The notes below the pieces were generated by a model. It saw only the letters and a list, made by a program, of their open reading frames with translations. It searched no databases and was not told the DNA's origin. A stretch of DNA of 64,000 bases from a bacterium. GTDB taxonomy: Bacteria; Zhuqueibacterota; Zhuqueibacteria; Oceanimicrobiales; Oceanimicrobiaceae. The position numbers and the translations under genes are program-made. Shown piece after piece: positions 29,961 through 40,458 of this stretch (the first letter of the stretch is position 1; every line of letters begins with the position of its first letter). The stretch spans positions 23,302-87,301 of the forward strand of contig JBBIIG010000003.1 in NCBI GenBank assembly GCA_037446635.1, given 5' to 3'.

Positions 29961-30689
29961 ATGACAAGGGGTGGAAAACGCATCGGCAAGGAACAGCAGC
30001 TTGCCGAATTGTTGAATGAGCTGCACACGTCGGATCGCTGGCTCGACAATCACCGGTTGCGGAAATTAGCCGCTTACGGCACCAACCTTATTCCTGAACT
30101 CGAAAATATTTTAACGCGCTCCCTTGAATCTGCCCGCACCACGGTTACGGCGCCCGGCGCTGGAGGCAGTTACGCCGTTCTGCACGCGCTTTTCCTCCTC
30201 GCCCACCTGCGTTCGGAAAAATCCCTTTCCGTGATCCTCAAGTTTTTGTCACAAAAACCGGATTTCCTCGATTGCTATTTGCACGACTCCCTGCTCGATG
30301 AAATCTGGGAAGTAGTGTTTCATTTAGGTGTGAATCAGATTTCCGAGTTGGAGAAGTTTATTCTCAACCGCCAGAACAACACCCTGTCGCGGCTGGCTGT
30401 TTGCACCGCGCTCGTGCAGCTTGCCTTGCACTATCCGCGGCGAAAAGGCCGGGTCGAGCAGGTGTTCCAAAAGCTGTTGCGCCTTAAAAAAGACGACAGC
30501 GATTTTGTCGGCCTGGTCATTAGTGAGCTGTTGGATTTGAAAAGCGCCGCACTGCGGCCGCTGCTGCTCGCGGCTCTGGAGAAAAACAAAGTTTGGTCGG
30601 GCATCATCAGCGCCGAGGATGTCAGCCGCAGCTACAAAAACCAGCGCACCCGCAAGCTCACCCCCACCGATCTTTTGGAGAGGTATTAG
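29961..30689 (+). CDS. Helical-repeat protein (DUF1186-like)
   Basis: HALFLLA..R...L, LSRLAVC.AL..LA, L..ELLDL; GGAGG RBS; candidate TTGACA-17-TACTTT promoter at 29810-29838. Confidence 0.6.
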   Translation: MTRGGKRIGKEQQLAELLNELHTSDRWLDNHRLRKLAAYGTNLIPELENILTRSLESARTTVTAPGAGGSYAVLHALFLLAHLRSEKSLSVILKFLSQKPDFLDCYLHDSLLDEIWEVVFHLGVNQISELEKFILNRQNNTLSRLAVCTALVQLALHYPRRKGRVEQVFQKLLRLKKDDSDFVGLVISELLDLKSAALRPLLLAALEKNKVWSGIISAEDVSRSYKNQRTRKLTPTDLLERY

Positions 30690-30866
30690 ATCTACACCCA
30701 CTTTGCATATGTAACCCCGATTGTCGCCCTGCAGAGCAAACGCCGCACGGAAAAATCGTTATAACCCGCTGGGCTGGCGTCAAATTTGCCCGCAATGGAA
30801 TGCTTCGTTTTTTTCTTTGACGTTAAAGCTGACGATATTTGAACTTTGCGATACGGATGGTAAAAT

Positions 30867-31265
30867 ATGCACGATGACCAGCTTAAGCAGTTGTTACGCA
30901 ACAGCCGCGCAGTGGACGCTTTTAAACAGGCTGTACAGAAATTTGCCAGGGGAGAGGAATCGGAGCTCATACAATATTCTGCCGGAGCGCCCAAAATCAA
31001 AATTCTGAGAGTCATTTTGAAGCTGCTTGAAAGCTATCCCAACGAAACCATTTCCAGCGTAGCCATTCGCGGCGTCTCCACCTGTTCTACCTTTCACGGC
31101 GAATTGAGCTTTAGCCCCTCGAATAAAAAAATTAAATTCAACTGGGACTGCCGCTGGAAGGCGGAAGAAGCCGGCCTGACCACCTGGTACGGCGCGCCGG
31201 ATCAATCAAAAGCCGCACAGGTGTTTGGCTACCAGTGTTTTCGGCAGTTCCATGAGGCCTCGTAA
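30867..31265 (+). CDS. Conserved hypothetical protein
   Basis: Clean 132-aa ORF with F.WDCRW.A...G.PDQ..AA..FG.QCF motif; no family recognised. Confidence 0.65.
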   Translation: MHDDQLKQLLRNSRAVDAFKQAVQKFARGEESELIQYSAGAPKIKILRVILKLLESYPNETISSVAIRGVSTCSTFHGELSFSPSNKKIKFNWDCRWKAEEAGLTTWYGAPDQSKAAQVFGYQCFRQFHEAS

Positions 31266-31347
31266 ATCAACTTGCTTTTTAGGCGATCTTTTTGTAAACT
31301 GCCGTTCAATTTTTTGGAAAATCACCGTGCAGAATTGGAAGGATTGC

Positions 31348-32298
31348 ATGATAATTGAAGAAACAAAACGAATCCCCAAACGCGAAACTCTCGAAACTCG
31401 GCGGCCGCCGGCTTTCGAGCTGAAAGCGAACCTGCGGCTAATGGATTACGCCACGTTCATTTACTTAGGAGTGGTGGGCGGGCTGCTTTTGTTTTTCCAT
31501 CGCGGCGTGGCTTACTGGCCGCTGCTGATTTTGGCGCACGTCGCCGTTGCCCTCTTTCTGGTCTATGTGATCCGATTGGCCGAAACCTCCCCCTCCAAAG
31601 TGGTCATTTTTTTTCGGGACGCCTACCCGTTTTTTCTCTTCACGTTTATGTTTAAAGAAGTCAGTCTCATCGTCAATATATTTTTTCCGTTTTGGCTGGA
31701 ACAGCCGTTGATCGAATGGGATCTGTTTTTGTTCGGCAATCACCCCACCGTCTGGCTGCAAAAATTTTCGTCGCCGTGGTTCTCGGAACTGATGGCGTTT
31801 TCTTACTGGTCGTATTACGTTTTTATCCCCTTTGTCGGTATAATGTTATATCTTCAGAAGGATCGCCGGTTGTATCATTCGTACGTCTTTAATCTGGCGT
31901 TTACCATGTACACCTGCTATTTTCTGTTTCTATTTCTGGGCGCCCGCGGGCCGCACGAGACCCTGGCGCATTTGCACATCCAACGGGATTTGGGATGGAT
32001 TTTTGACCGCATGGTGCACGGCATTCAAAACACCGCCAGAATATCCGGAGCGGCGTTTCCCAGCTCGCACGTGGCCGCGATGTGGATTTCCTGGTTCTTT
32101 GTTTTTAAATTTCGCAAGTCTCTGGGCTGGGCGTTTGCGCCGCTGATTTTGTCGCTGAGTTTTTCCGTGGTTTATATGCAGTATCACTACGCCGTGGATG
32201 CCATCGCCGGAGTTGCGCTGGCGTGCCTCACCTACCAGTTGGGCAGGAAGATTGAAGAGCAATTCAAACCATTTGCCGAGTTTAAACTACCGCAATAA
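31348..32298 (+). CDS. PAP2-superfamily membrane phosphatase/phosphotransferase (Aur1/IPT-like)
   Basis: A.GP, AFPSSHVA, QYHYAVDAIAG; multiple TM helices. Confidence 0.88.
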   Translation: MIIEETKRIPKRETLETRRPPAFELKANLRLMDYATFIYLGVVGGLLLFFHRGVAYWPLLILAHVAVALFLVYVIRLAETSPSKVVIFFRDAYPFFLFTFMFKEVSLIVNIFFPFWLEQPLIEWDLFLFGNHPTVWLQKFSSPWFSELMAFSYWSYYVFIPFVGIMLYLQKDRRLYHSYVFNLAFTMYTCYFLFLFLGARGPHETLAHLHIQRDLGWIFDRMVHGIQNTARISGAAFPSSHVAAMWISWFFVFKFRKSLGWAFAPLILSLSFSVVYMQYHYAVDAIAGVALACLTYQLGRKIEEQFKPFAEFKLPQ

Positions 32299-32343
32299 TT
32301 TTCATCGTTCGAGCATGGCCGCGGTGCTAAACCGCATTGAGAA

Positions 32344-33357
32344 ATGAGTACGACGTCGTTCAGATATTTTTTGCTTTTGGGCTTTTTAGCTTGCGCCTTT
32401 CAGCTTTCAGCGCAGACCACTTCGTCCGGCGGCCGGGGAATATTTCGAGTGTTTTCCGCCGAAACCGTTCAACGCGGGTCGATCTTCGTAAACTCGTTTT
32501 ACCAGACGTTTCTGCAAGCAACCGACAGCCGCGGTTACGGCAACGACCACACCCTGCAATTAGGCCTGACGTACGGCCTCACCCACAATCTGGAGTTGAC
32601 CGCAAAGCTCGTTCCCTATCAGGAGGATCAGGTTCACAGTTTCAGCGCCCCCGGCGACGCCGAATTGGGCGTCAAATGGCGGACGCCGATTTCGACGACC
32701 TCGGTTGCGACCGGTCTGCGCGGCTTTGTTATTTTGCCCACGGCGCGCAGCCACAACGTGCCGTTCGAACCGTACTCCTCGGGAAAAATAAGCTGGGGCG
32801 CCATGGCGATGATGACCCTGAGCCTCGATGGACGCTACCCCTTGAAAATTTACGCCAATCTCGGCTACCTCGATCACAACCTCACCACACTTTTCTCGGA
32901 TGAGATCACCGACCAGCTTCTGCTGGGATTTGGTTTGAAAATCCCCATTCATCCATTTATTATGTACACCGAGTACAGCGGCGAAATCTTTTTTAATAAC
33001 CCGGCTGTGGATTTTAAGGATAATTCCATGCGCGTCACCTACGGCTTTAAGTTTCGCGGGCCGTTTCGCACCACGATGGATGTGGGAATGGACGTCGGTT
33101 TGAGCCGCAACCTCAATCCTCCGCCGCACCCGCTGATTCATGAATACGCCAATTGGAAAATCTTCGCGGGATTTTCCTATCAAATCAACACGGCGCGCGT
33201 TTACGGCAAGCCCCTGACGACGGCGGCGAAAGTAAACCCCAAAGAAGAAAGCAAAATTCTCGAAGAGATTAAAAAGAAGCGCGAGCAGGCCGACAAAGAA
33301 CTCGAAGAGATGAAAAAGAAGTTGGAAGAAGAGAAGAAAAAGCCGGAGAATAATTGA
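32344..33357 (+). CDS. Putative outer-membrane beta-barrel protein with C-terminal coiled coil
   Basis: Signal peptide, alternating strands (LGLTYGLT, GD.ELG.KW, YANLGY, W.IFAGFSY), Lys/Glu-rich tail. Confidence 0.6.
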   Translation: MSTTSFRYFLLLGFLACAFQLSAQTTSSGGRGIFRVFSAETVQRGSIFVNSFYQTFLQATDSRGYGNDHTLQLGLTYGLTHNLELTAKLVPYQEDQVHSFSAPGDAELGVKWRTPISTTSVATGLRGFVILPTARSHNVPFEPYSSGKISWGAMAMMTLSLDGRYPLKIYANLGYLDHNLTTLFSDEITDQLLLGFGLKIPIHPFIMYTEYSGEIFFNNPAVDFKDNSMRVTYGFKFRGPFRTTMDVGMDVGLSRNLNPPPHPLIHEYANWKIFAGFSYQINTARVYGKPLTTAAKVNPKEESKILEEIKKKREQADKELEEMKKKLEEEKKKPENN

Positions 33358-33484
33358 AGGATCGACGAGGCCTCTTTGGCTGGAGTGTTGGAGTAGTGGA
33401 GTGCTGGATTAATGATCCATTGATCCATTGATCCATTGATCCACAATCTGATAACTGAGATTTGACTATCTTCACAAAAGTTTT

Positions 33485-34821
33485 ATGCGAAATATCACAA
33501 TCTTAAAAATAACCCTCACGGCGCTGGCGCTGTTGGCCGCAGTGGAAGTGACGGCGCAAGAATCCGAAAAGGAGTTGGCCGAAAAGCAGCAGCGCGCGGC
33601 GGAAAAAATCTTGGACGAAGCGGCGAAACGTAATTACCGCGACGGCGCGCTGGATTTTCTAGCGTTGATCGATGCCTACCCCGATTTCGTGAAGTTTGAT
33701 CAAGCGGCTAACTTGCTGGCCGGCGCGCTTTACGAGCTGGAATATTTCGAGGCCGCGGATCAGGTGTACCGCCATTTGCTAAAGTCGGTTTTGAAAAGCC
33801 CGCTGGTTCCCGATGCCATTCTCGGTTTGCAAAAAATTTCTTATCACAAAGGCGAATACCAGCAAAGCTTAAAATTCTACACGGCGCTGGAATCGCACTA
33901 CGCTTCAAATTCCATTATCGACGAAGCCCGTTATTACGCCATTCAGGCGAATTACCAGCTTGGCAATCATACGTTTGTTTTCAACACCATTAAACACATT
34001 CGCCGCGGCAGCGAGGTTTATCCGTTTGCATTATACACGGCCGCGTTGAGCGATCTTAAAAAAAAAATGTTCGCCGCGCCATCGCCAGCTTTATCGAGGT
34101 CAGCAAAGCTTCCACCAAATCTCGCGAGCTGCGGGACGTGGTCAACTCAGCGCGTTTGACGCTGGGGTTCATCTACTTTGAGTTGTCCAGTTTCAAGACG
34201 GCCATCAAATATCTTGCGGAGATTTCGCTTGATTTTTTTGATTACCCCAAAGCCCTGCTGACCCTCGGCTGGGCCGCGTTCAAATTGCAGGATTACCAGC
34301 GCGCGATTTCGGCGCTAAGCAAACTGGTTGAAACCTATCCGCAATTTCAAGAGCTGGAAGAAGCGTATTTTGTTTTAGGACACTGTTATTTGCGCCTTGG
34401 CTATCACGATTTCGCGATTCGCGAGTATAACAAAATCATCGACGCCACGCCGGACGCTGAAGAATACGCCTCGTTGATGCAGCAAACGAAGGACAGTCTG
34501 GCGCAGAAGGAAAATGAATGGGCGGTGTTGAAAAAAGAGTTCGCTGAATGGCAAAACCGATTGGTTGCCGACCTCGGGGTTCAGCCCGCCAATGGGTTGA
34601 GCGACTCCACGCTGGCGGCGCGGTTCCAGAAAGCGCGGGCATTGCGCGAGGAGTTACTTAAGCAGGTGCAGGAGCACGAGAAAAAAGTGCAGCGGGTCTC
34701 CCACGCGATTGCGGAGCTGCGCGCCAAACTTGAAAAATCCGAGGTGCAGAAAAAGTGGCGCTCGTACGCCGAATACGGCCGCGTGCGCGCGCTTTATCTC
34801 AAAGGAATTGGGATTCGATAG
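33485..34821 (+). pseudogene. Secreted TPR + coiled-coil protein (GltC-like) split by a frameshift at an A10 tract
   Basis: ORFs 33485-34159 and 34138-34821 join into a continuous TPR array (DLKKKNVRRAIASFIEV...SARLTLGFIYFE) if the A-run at 34058-34067 has 11 (or 8) A. Confidence 0.8.
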
Positions 34822-37800
34822 ATGCAAGAAGATTTGAAAATGATCATTTCGCCCCCCCGCCGTTTCCCACTTGCCAAAGAGGGGCAGGGGGTTGTTTGCC
34901 GGGGTGAAAAATCTGGAACGCCCTCACTTAGTCCCGCCTTGAGGGGGGATTTATGGGGGTATGATTTCTCGCGGCGCTTGAAATTAACATTTACTTTTCC
35001 AACCACGCGGCGAATTTCGTTGCTGGCGGCCATTTGCACCGCTCTTTTGATCACAGCAGTGCCGATGCTGCGTGCGCAAACGCCTCCCGGCGAAGACATC
35101 AAAAAAATCCAAACTCTGACCGAGGCCATCACCGAAACCGAGGCGCTGCTGGCAAAATATCCCCAAAGCGAGTTCGTCCCCAATTTGATGTTTCAGCTGG
35201 TGGAGTTGTACGTGAAACGCGCGGATCTTCGGTTTCAACGTGAGATGCTTTTGTACGAAGTGGAAGAACAGAAATTTGAGCAGAAGCTGATTTCGAGCGA
35301 ACCCGTCCCGCCCAAAATAAGTTACCGCGACGCCCTCGACACCGCCTACAAATTGTTGGAGAAATTTCCCACCGCGCCGTTCCGCGAGAAGCTGCTCTAC
35401 CGCATCGCGCTGTGCAATCTTGAAGAAGGGAATCTGGAAAAGGCGGCGGAGTATCTGCAAATCCTCTCCACCGAAACTCACGACAAGCAGTTTTTGGAAG
35501 AATCCAATTTCCGCCTCGGCGAATTTTATTTCGACAAAAAGGAGTACCACCAAGCCGTCGAGTACTACAGCCGTTTGCTGGAAAGCTGGGACAGCCCGTT
35601 CTTCGGCATGGCGCTCTACAAATTGGGCTGGTCGTATTACAACACGGACAACTACACGCAGGCCATCAGCACGTTCATCTATTTGATCGAAGATATCCAT
35701 TTGCTGGAGCAGGCCGACACCGAATACTTGGGCAAAACCAAAACCGATCTGCGGCGCGAGGCCATCGAGTACGTGGCCATCTGTTTTGCGGAATATGGCG
35801 GCCCCCTGAAAGCGCGGGAATTTTTAAAAGACCGCAAAGATAAAGACTACACGGTCACGGTTTTGGAGCACATGGCCGAAATTTACAAGCAGCGCAATTT
35901 TTACGCCGACGCCATCGAAGCGCTGCACGTGCTGATTGAGTTTTACCCCAATAAACTGGACGCGCCAAAATACCACCAACAGATCGTGGAAAATTATGAG
36001 CTCGCCGGCGAGAAACCCCGCGCCGATGAAGAGCGCGTGAAATTCGCCAATCAATATGGACCCAAAAGCGCGTGGATGAAACAGGTGCCGCCCGGGCCCG
36101 CGCGCGACGAGATTCTCGCCGTGGTCGATGATTATTTGTACACCCTCGGCGCCGACGCCCAGGCCAAAGCCCGGGAAATGAAATCCGATTTGTACTACGG
36201 GTTAGCCATCAGCCGCTACCGCAATTACCTCGACACCTTTCCCAAGAATCCCCGCAGCGGCAAAGTGCAATTTTATCTCGCCGAGTGTTTTTATGAAATG
36301 GGAAAGTTAGCCGAAGCCGCCGAAGCCTATTTTGATCTGGCGCTGCACTACCCCGAGTCCGAATACCGCGAGCAAGCGGCCTACAACCGCGTGCTGGCGT
36401 ACAACCAGTTGCTGATGAACGACGGCGCGGTGGATTCCACGGCGTTTTTCCTTTTCAATTTTTTGGGGAAAAGCGGCACAAAAGTGGAAATTCTGCAGGC
36501 GCTAAATCCCACTCAGGCGCAGTTGCTGCAGGCCTGCAACGACTTTGTGGTTTATCACAACAGCAGCGCCCGGCTTCCAGAAATTCTGATGAAATACGCC
36601 GAGCTGCTCTTTGGCCTCGAAGAATATAGTTTGGCGCACGACGCCTATTTGAAAGTGATAAACCTTCCAGCAGCCAGCCGCTTTTTGCCGCTGGCTTACA
36701 CCATGGCCGGCCAGTGCGATTTTAAGCAAAATAAATTCAAAGAAGCGGAAGATTGGTTTTTGAAAGTGACGCGCGAATTTCCGGACTCCACGCGCCACGT
36801 GGAGCGGGCGAACAAGCTGATTGCCACCACGCGCTTCAAAGCGGCGGAGACGATGTTGGCCAACGGCGATAGCGCCCGCGCCGCCGCCGAATTTGAAATC
36901 GTGGCCACGGTGGTTTCCGATCCCGACGTGGCGGAACGGGCGCTGTGGGAATCCGCGCGCATGTATGAAATCAAAAACGACAAGTCCAAAGCCGTCGCGC
37001 TTTATGAGATGATCCCGAAGCGGTTTCCGGAATCTCAGCAACGGGACAAATCCTTTTTTAAAGCGGCGTTTTTGAGCGAGGAGTTGGGAGACTGGAAGCG
37101 CGCCGCGGAAAATTATCTGGCGTTGTATGAATCTGCGCCGGCTTCCGAGTTGGCTGCGAAAAGTTTGTTTTTTGCCGCCAGAAATCTTGAGAGTCTCAAC
37201 CAATTTGATCGCGCTCGCGGTTATTACGACGAGTACATTCGAAAATTTAGAGACGATGATCCCGATCGTTATTTAGAAGCGGCGTTTCGCAAAGGGGAAA
37301 TCGCTTTCAATCAAAAACAGTACGAAAGCGCCCGCCGGGAGCTGGAGGCCGTCATTCGCACGTATGAACAACTGGCGGCAAAAAACCTCGAAGCCGAGCG
37401 CTACGTGCCGGCCAACGCGCAGTTTTTAATTGGCGAAATCGTTCACCTTGAATTTCAAAAGATTCAGCTTGCGCCGCCGTTGGAGCGCAGTCTCAAACGC
37501 AAGCGCGCGAAATTCGAAGAGGTGATCAAAACTTACACCGCCGCGGCAAAGTATCAGGTGGCGGATTGGAGCACGGCGGCGTCGTACAAAATCGGTGTGA
37601 CGTTTGAGGATTTTGCGGATGCCCTGCTGGAGTCGCCGCGGCCGGCCAATTTGGCCGGCGCCGCTCTCGATCAGTACAATGAAAAATTGTGGCAGAGCGT
37701 GCTGCCGCTGAAAGAGAAGGCGCTCAGCACCTATCAAAACAACCTCAAACAGGCGGCGGAATACAACATCGAAAATCAGTGGATCACCGAGACGAGGAAA

Positions 37801-37869
37801 CGGGTGGAGGCGCTCATCTCGGAGTTGGGCTTGGACACCGCCGACGCCAGCCGCCCGCCGGGCTCATAA
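34822..37869 (+). CDS. Large periplasmic TPR protein (GltD/AgmU-like); true start probably near TTG 34978
   Basis: Many TPRs (FRLGEFYF, LYKLGWSYY, FYLAECFY). C-terminal Y.V..WSTAA.Y.IG..FE.FA.AL..SP.P...EKA...Y. The first ~50 codons overlap a palindromic repeat. Confidence 0.8.
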   Translation: MQEDLKMIISPPRRFPLAKEGQGVVCRGEKSGTPSLSPALRGDLWGYDFSRRLKLTFTFPTTRRISLLAAICTALLITAVPMLRAQTPPGEDIKKIQTLTEAITETEALLAKYPQSEFVPNLMFQLVELYVKRADLRFQREMLLYEVEEQKFEQKLISSEPVPPKISYRDALDTAYKLLEKFPTAPFREKLLYRIALCNLEEGNLEKAAEYLQILSTETHDKQFLEESNFRLGEFYFDKKEYHQAVEYYSRLLESWDSPFFGMALYKLGWSYYNTDNYTQAISTFIYLIEDIHLLEQADTEYLGKTKTDLRREAIEYVAICFAEYGGPLKAREFLKDRKDKDYTVTVLEHMAEIYKQRNFYADAIEALHVLIEFYPNKLDAPKYHQQIVENYELAGEKPRADEERVKFANQYGPKSAWMKQVPPGPARDEILAVVDDYLYTLGADAQAKAREMKSDLYYGLAISRYRNYLDTFPKNPRSGKVQFYLAECFYEMGKLAEAAEAYFDLALHYPESEYREQAAYNRVLAYNQLLMNDGAVDSTAFFLFNFLGKSGTKVEILQALNPTQAQLLQACNDFVVYHNSSARLPEILMKYAELLFGLEEYSLAHDAYLKVINLPAASRFLPLAYTMAGQCDFKQNKFKEAEDWFLKVTREFPDSTRHVERANKLIATTRFKAAETMLANGDSARAAAEFEIVATVVSDPDVAERALWESARMYEIKNDKSKAVALYEMIPKRFPESQQRDKSFFKAAFLSEELGDWKRAAENYLALYESAPASELAAKSLFFAARNLESLNQFDRARGYYDEYIRKFRDDDPDRYLEAAFRKGEIAFNQKQYESARRELEAVIRTYEQLAAKNLEAERYVPANAQFLIGEIVHLEFQKIQLAPPLERSLKRKRAKFEEVIKTYTAAAKYQVADWSTAASYKIGVTFEDFADALLESPRPANLAGAALDQYNEKLWQSVLPLKEKALSTYQNNLKQAAEYNIENQWITETRKRVEALISELGLDTADASRPPGS

Positions 37870-37922
37870 GCAAGGTACCCGTAGGGGCGATTCATGAATC
37901 GCCCCTACAACCCTTCTGTGAT

Positions 37923-38062
37923 TGTCATTGCGAGCGACCCGTAGGGAGCGAAGCAATCTCCTAATGAGCAGGCGTGAGATTGCTTCGTCGTCCGCAACCT
38001 AATTTTAGAATTTCAGAATCCGTGTGGGCTTCTCGCCTGCCTGCTGCAGGCAGGCAATGACA
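37923..38062. repeat. gtcattgcgag...ctcgcaatgac palindromic repeat with a 19-bp family B element inserted in its right arm (38036-38054)
   Basis: ctcg|cctgcctgctgcaggcagg|caatgac; the uninterrupted ctcgcaatgac is seen at 3804-3814 and in this repeat's own left arm. Confidence 0.85.
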
Positions 38063-38103
38063 GTTATGCCGGATCTTTAAAATAGTCTTGAAAAAAAATC
38101 ACA

Positions 38104-38454
38104 ATGCAAATGGCAAAATTCAAAATAACCGCGTTGCTATTATTCTTGCTCTTTTTGGGAAGCACGGCGGCACTCAGTCAAGAAACTAAATCCGCGCCGC
38201 GCGACACCACCCGCGCCGAAGACGACGCCAATCTGGACAAAAAGAAATCCGACGTCAAAATCTTTTTGGACAAGATCGAAATCTTAGGCCGCATCGAACG
38301 GCCGCAGACGGTGTTCATTTTGCCGGGCAACGATCCCGCAGTGGACGACATCCACCTCGATCGTTCGTTCTTCAAAGAGATTTTTCGTTTCATCGACAAA
38401 GAGGAATATCGCAGACGAGCGCTCGTTCCTCCTCCTTACAAAGGAGGGGGGTAG
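38104..38454 (+). CDS. Small secreted protein (GltF/CglF-like)
   Basis: Signal peptide, then LD.IEI.G.IE.PQ.VFI and SF..EI motifs, between the TPR and motor genes. Last codons and stop come from a ccctcc..ggaggg repeat. Confidence 0.6.
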   Translation: MQMAKFKITALLLFLLFLGSTAALSQETKSAPRDTTRAEDDANLDKKKSDVKIFLDKIEILGRIERPQTVFILPGNDPAVDDIHLDRSFFKEIFRFIDKEEYRRRALVPPPYKGGG

Positions 38455-38610
38455 GGGGAGGTCGTGGAACAAGCCGAATGTCGAACAAGGAATGATGAAT
38501 TGCGAGTTGTCGATCCTTCGGCATTCGATATTAGGTGTTCGATATTCGTTATTATTAAATGCGTGACGCTGAAATAAAATAAAATCTAATCATGCAGGAG
38601 GTGTTTTAAC

Positions 38611-39234
38611 TTGGAGTACATCAATCAAGCGTTTCAAAGCGGGGGAGCGTTCATGTATGTGATTTTGGCGGCGCTGATTGTCGGCCTCGCCATTATCGTC
38701 GATCGCATCATCGTGGTAACGGTGAAAAACCGCATCGACACCACGCGGTTCGTCAACAAAATTATCGAACTGATCCAGCAGGGCAGCGTCTCCGCCGCCA
38801 TCGAGCTGTGCAACCTGTCGAAAGCCGCGCTGCCGCAGATCGCCCGCGCCGGCCTGCGCGAGTTCGGCAAAAGTCCGAAGGAAGTGCAAAATGCGTTCGA
38901 GCTGGCGGCGATGACCGAAATTCCCAAACTGGAGAAGCGCACTCACTATCTGGCGATGATCGCCAACGTGGCCACGCTGTTGGGACTGCTGGGCACGATC
39001 TTCGGTTTGATTCAATCGTTTCAGGCGGTGGCCGCGGCGGATTCCGCGTCAAAGGCGGAGCTGCTGTCCGGCGGCATTTCCGTGGCCATGTACACCACGG
39101 CGTTCGGGATCATCGCGGCGATTCCGTGCATGGTTTTTCATTCCTATTTGCAGTCGAAAACCAACACGCTCATCGACGAAATCAACGAGAACATTTCGCG
39201 CATTTACCAGCGCATCATCAAACCAAAAAATTGA
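38611..39234 (+). CDS. MotA/TolQ/ExbB proton channel protein (AglR-like)
   Basis: ATLLGLLGTIFGLI..F, GIS.AM.TTAFG...AIP; TTG start behind AGGAGG. Confidence 0.93.
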   Translation: MEYINQAFQSGGAFMYVILAALIVGLAIIVDRIIVVTVKNRIDTTRFVNKIIELIQQGSVSAAIELCNLSKAALPQIARAGLREFGKSPKEVQNAFELAAMTEIPKLEKRTHYLAMIANVATLLGLLGTIFGLIQSFQAVAAADSASKAELLSGGISVAMYTTAFGIIAAIPCMVFHSYLQSKTNTLIDEINENISRIYQRIIKPKN

Positions 39235-39318
39235 CTTGAATAATTCACAAATTTGTAGTCGCGGAAATTTCTATCACAATGAAAGTCTCAGTTTTTAATC
39301 GTGGAGTAATGGAGTTTG

Positions 39319-39337
39319 CCTGCCTGCTGCAGGCAGG
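39319..39337. mobile_element. 19-bp family B mini-element in an intergenic octamer array
   Basis: cctgcctgc-t-gcaggcagg, identical to 38036-38054. Confidence 0.8.
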
Positions 39338-39472
39338 GATTAATGGATCATTAAAACCGACAGCATTAATCCCACTAATCCAACAATCCATTAATCCTTC
39401 GCATTTAATCAATCTTAGCCGAGTGATGCCCTCATTCGCTAATAAATAGTTTATGATAGTTAAAGGTTAAAC

Positions 39473-39928
39473 ATGGATCTCAAAAAAGCGCTTGGAAAAG
39501 ATCGCGGTGACCATGAGAACGATCTCAACATCACCCCGGTGATGAACGTGTTTTTAATTTTGATTCCGTTCATGCTGCTCACCGCGGTGTTCGTGCAAAT
39601 TGCGGTGCAGGAATTTTCGCTGCCCAGCGCCGACACGCCGGCGAGCGATCCAGCGCAGCAGAAGAAAGCGGTGCTGACGATTCTCGCCATCAACGAGAAC
39701 GGCTTCGAGCTGAAAACGCCGGGCGCGAAATTTCCATTCATCATCAACCAAAATGAAAATTTTGATTTTCAAACGTTAGTGCAGCGGCTGCAGGAAGTGA
39801 AGCAACTGCATCAGGAAACCGAAGACATCATCATCGCGCCGCAGGCCGCCATCAAATACGAGACCATTATCAAAGTGATGGATCGCTGCCGCGAAAACGG
39901 CTTTCCGAATATTTCGATATCAGGATAA
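39473..39928 (+). CDS. ExbD/TolR-family protein 1 (TM Asp replaced by Asn)
   Basis: LNITPVMNVFLILIPFML, I.I.P...I.YE.II.VMD..R..GF..IS. Confidence 0.9.
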   Translation: MDLKKALGKDRGDHENDLNITPVMNVFLILIPFMLLTAVFVQIAVQEFSLPSADTPASDPAQQKKAVLTILAINENGFELKTPGAKFPFIINQNENFDFQTLVQRLQEVKQLHQETEDIIIAPQAAIKYETIIKVMDRCRENGFPNISISG

Positions 39929-39933
39929 TTACG

Positions 39934-40458
39934 ATGTACTTTAATTTTGACAAAGACGACGATCAGGTCTTTTACGTGCGGCCGAAAAAACGGCGGCCGT
40001 ACACCAGCATCACGCTGCGCCTGACCTCGATGATCGACATGTTCACGATTCTGCTGTTTTTTCTTTTGCAGAGTTTTTCCGCCGAGGGCGAGCTGCTGAC
40101 GGTGTCGCGCGATTTGAAATTGCCGGAGTCCACCGCCAAAACGCCGCCGCGGCCCGCGCCGATTTTGGTGGTGACCAACGAGTGGATCATTCTCGACGGC
40201 GCGCCCATCGAAACGATAGAAACCGTGCGAACGCAGCCGCAGATCGCCATCGACAAGCTCAGCCAGCAGTTGCAGCAAATTCGCCAGTTCTCCGAAAATC
40301 TCGGCAAGTTGGATGCAAAAATGGGATTCAAAGGCGCCATCATCATTCAGGGCGATCGCGAGATTCCATTTGAAATTTTGAAAAAAATCATGTTCACCTG
40401 TGGGCAGGTGGGTTTCAACAATATGATGTTGGCGGTGAACCAGCAGGATAACGTTTGA
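39934..40458 (+). CDS. ExbD/TolR-family protein 2 (AglS-like)
   Basis: LTSMIDMFTILLFFLL, LP.S, IIQGD..IPF..LKKIM.TC.Q.GF. Confidence 0.9.
   Translation: MYFNFDKDDDQVFYVRPKKRRPYTSITLRLTSMIDMFTILLFFLLQSFSAEGELLTVSRDLKLPESTAKTPPRPAPILVVTNEWIILDGAPIETIETVRTQPQIAIDKLSQQLQQIRQFSENLGKLDAKMGFKGAIIIQGDREIPFEILKKIMFTCGQVGFNNMMLAVNQQDNV

Noticed and set aside
34822..34977. N-terminal ~50 codons of the large TPR ORF
   Set aside because: Derived from a palindromic repeat and placed before the signal peptide; probably not translated.
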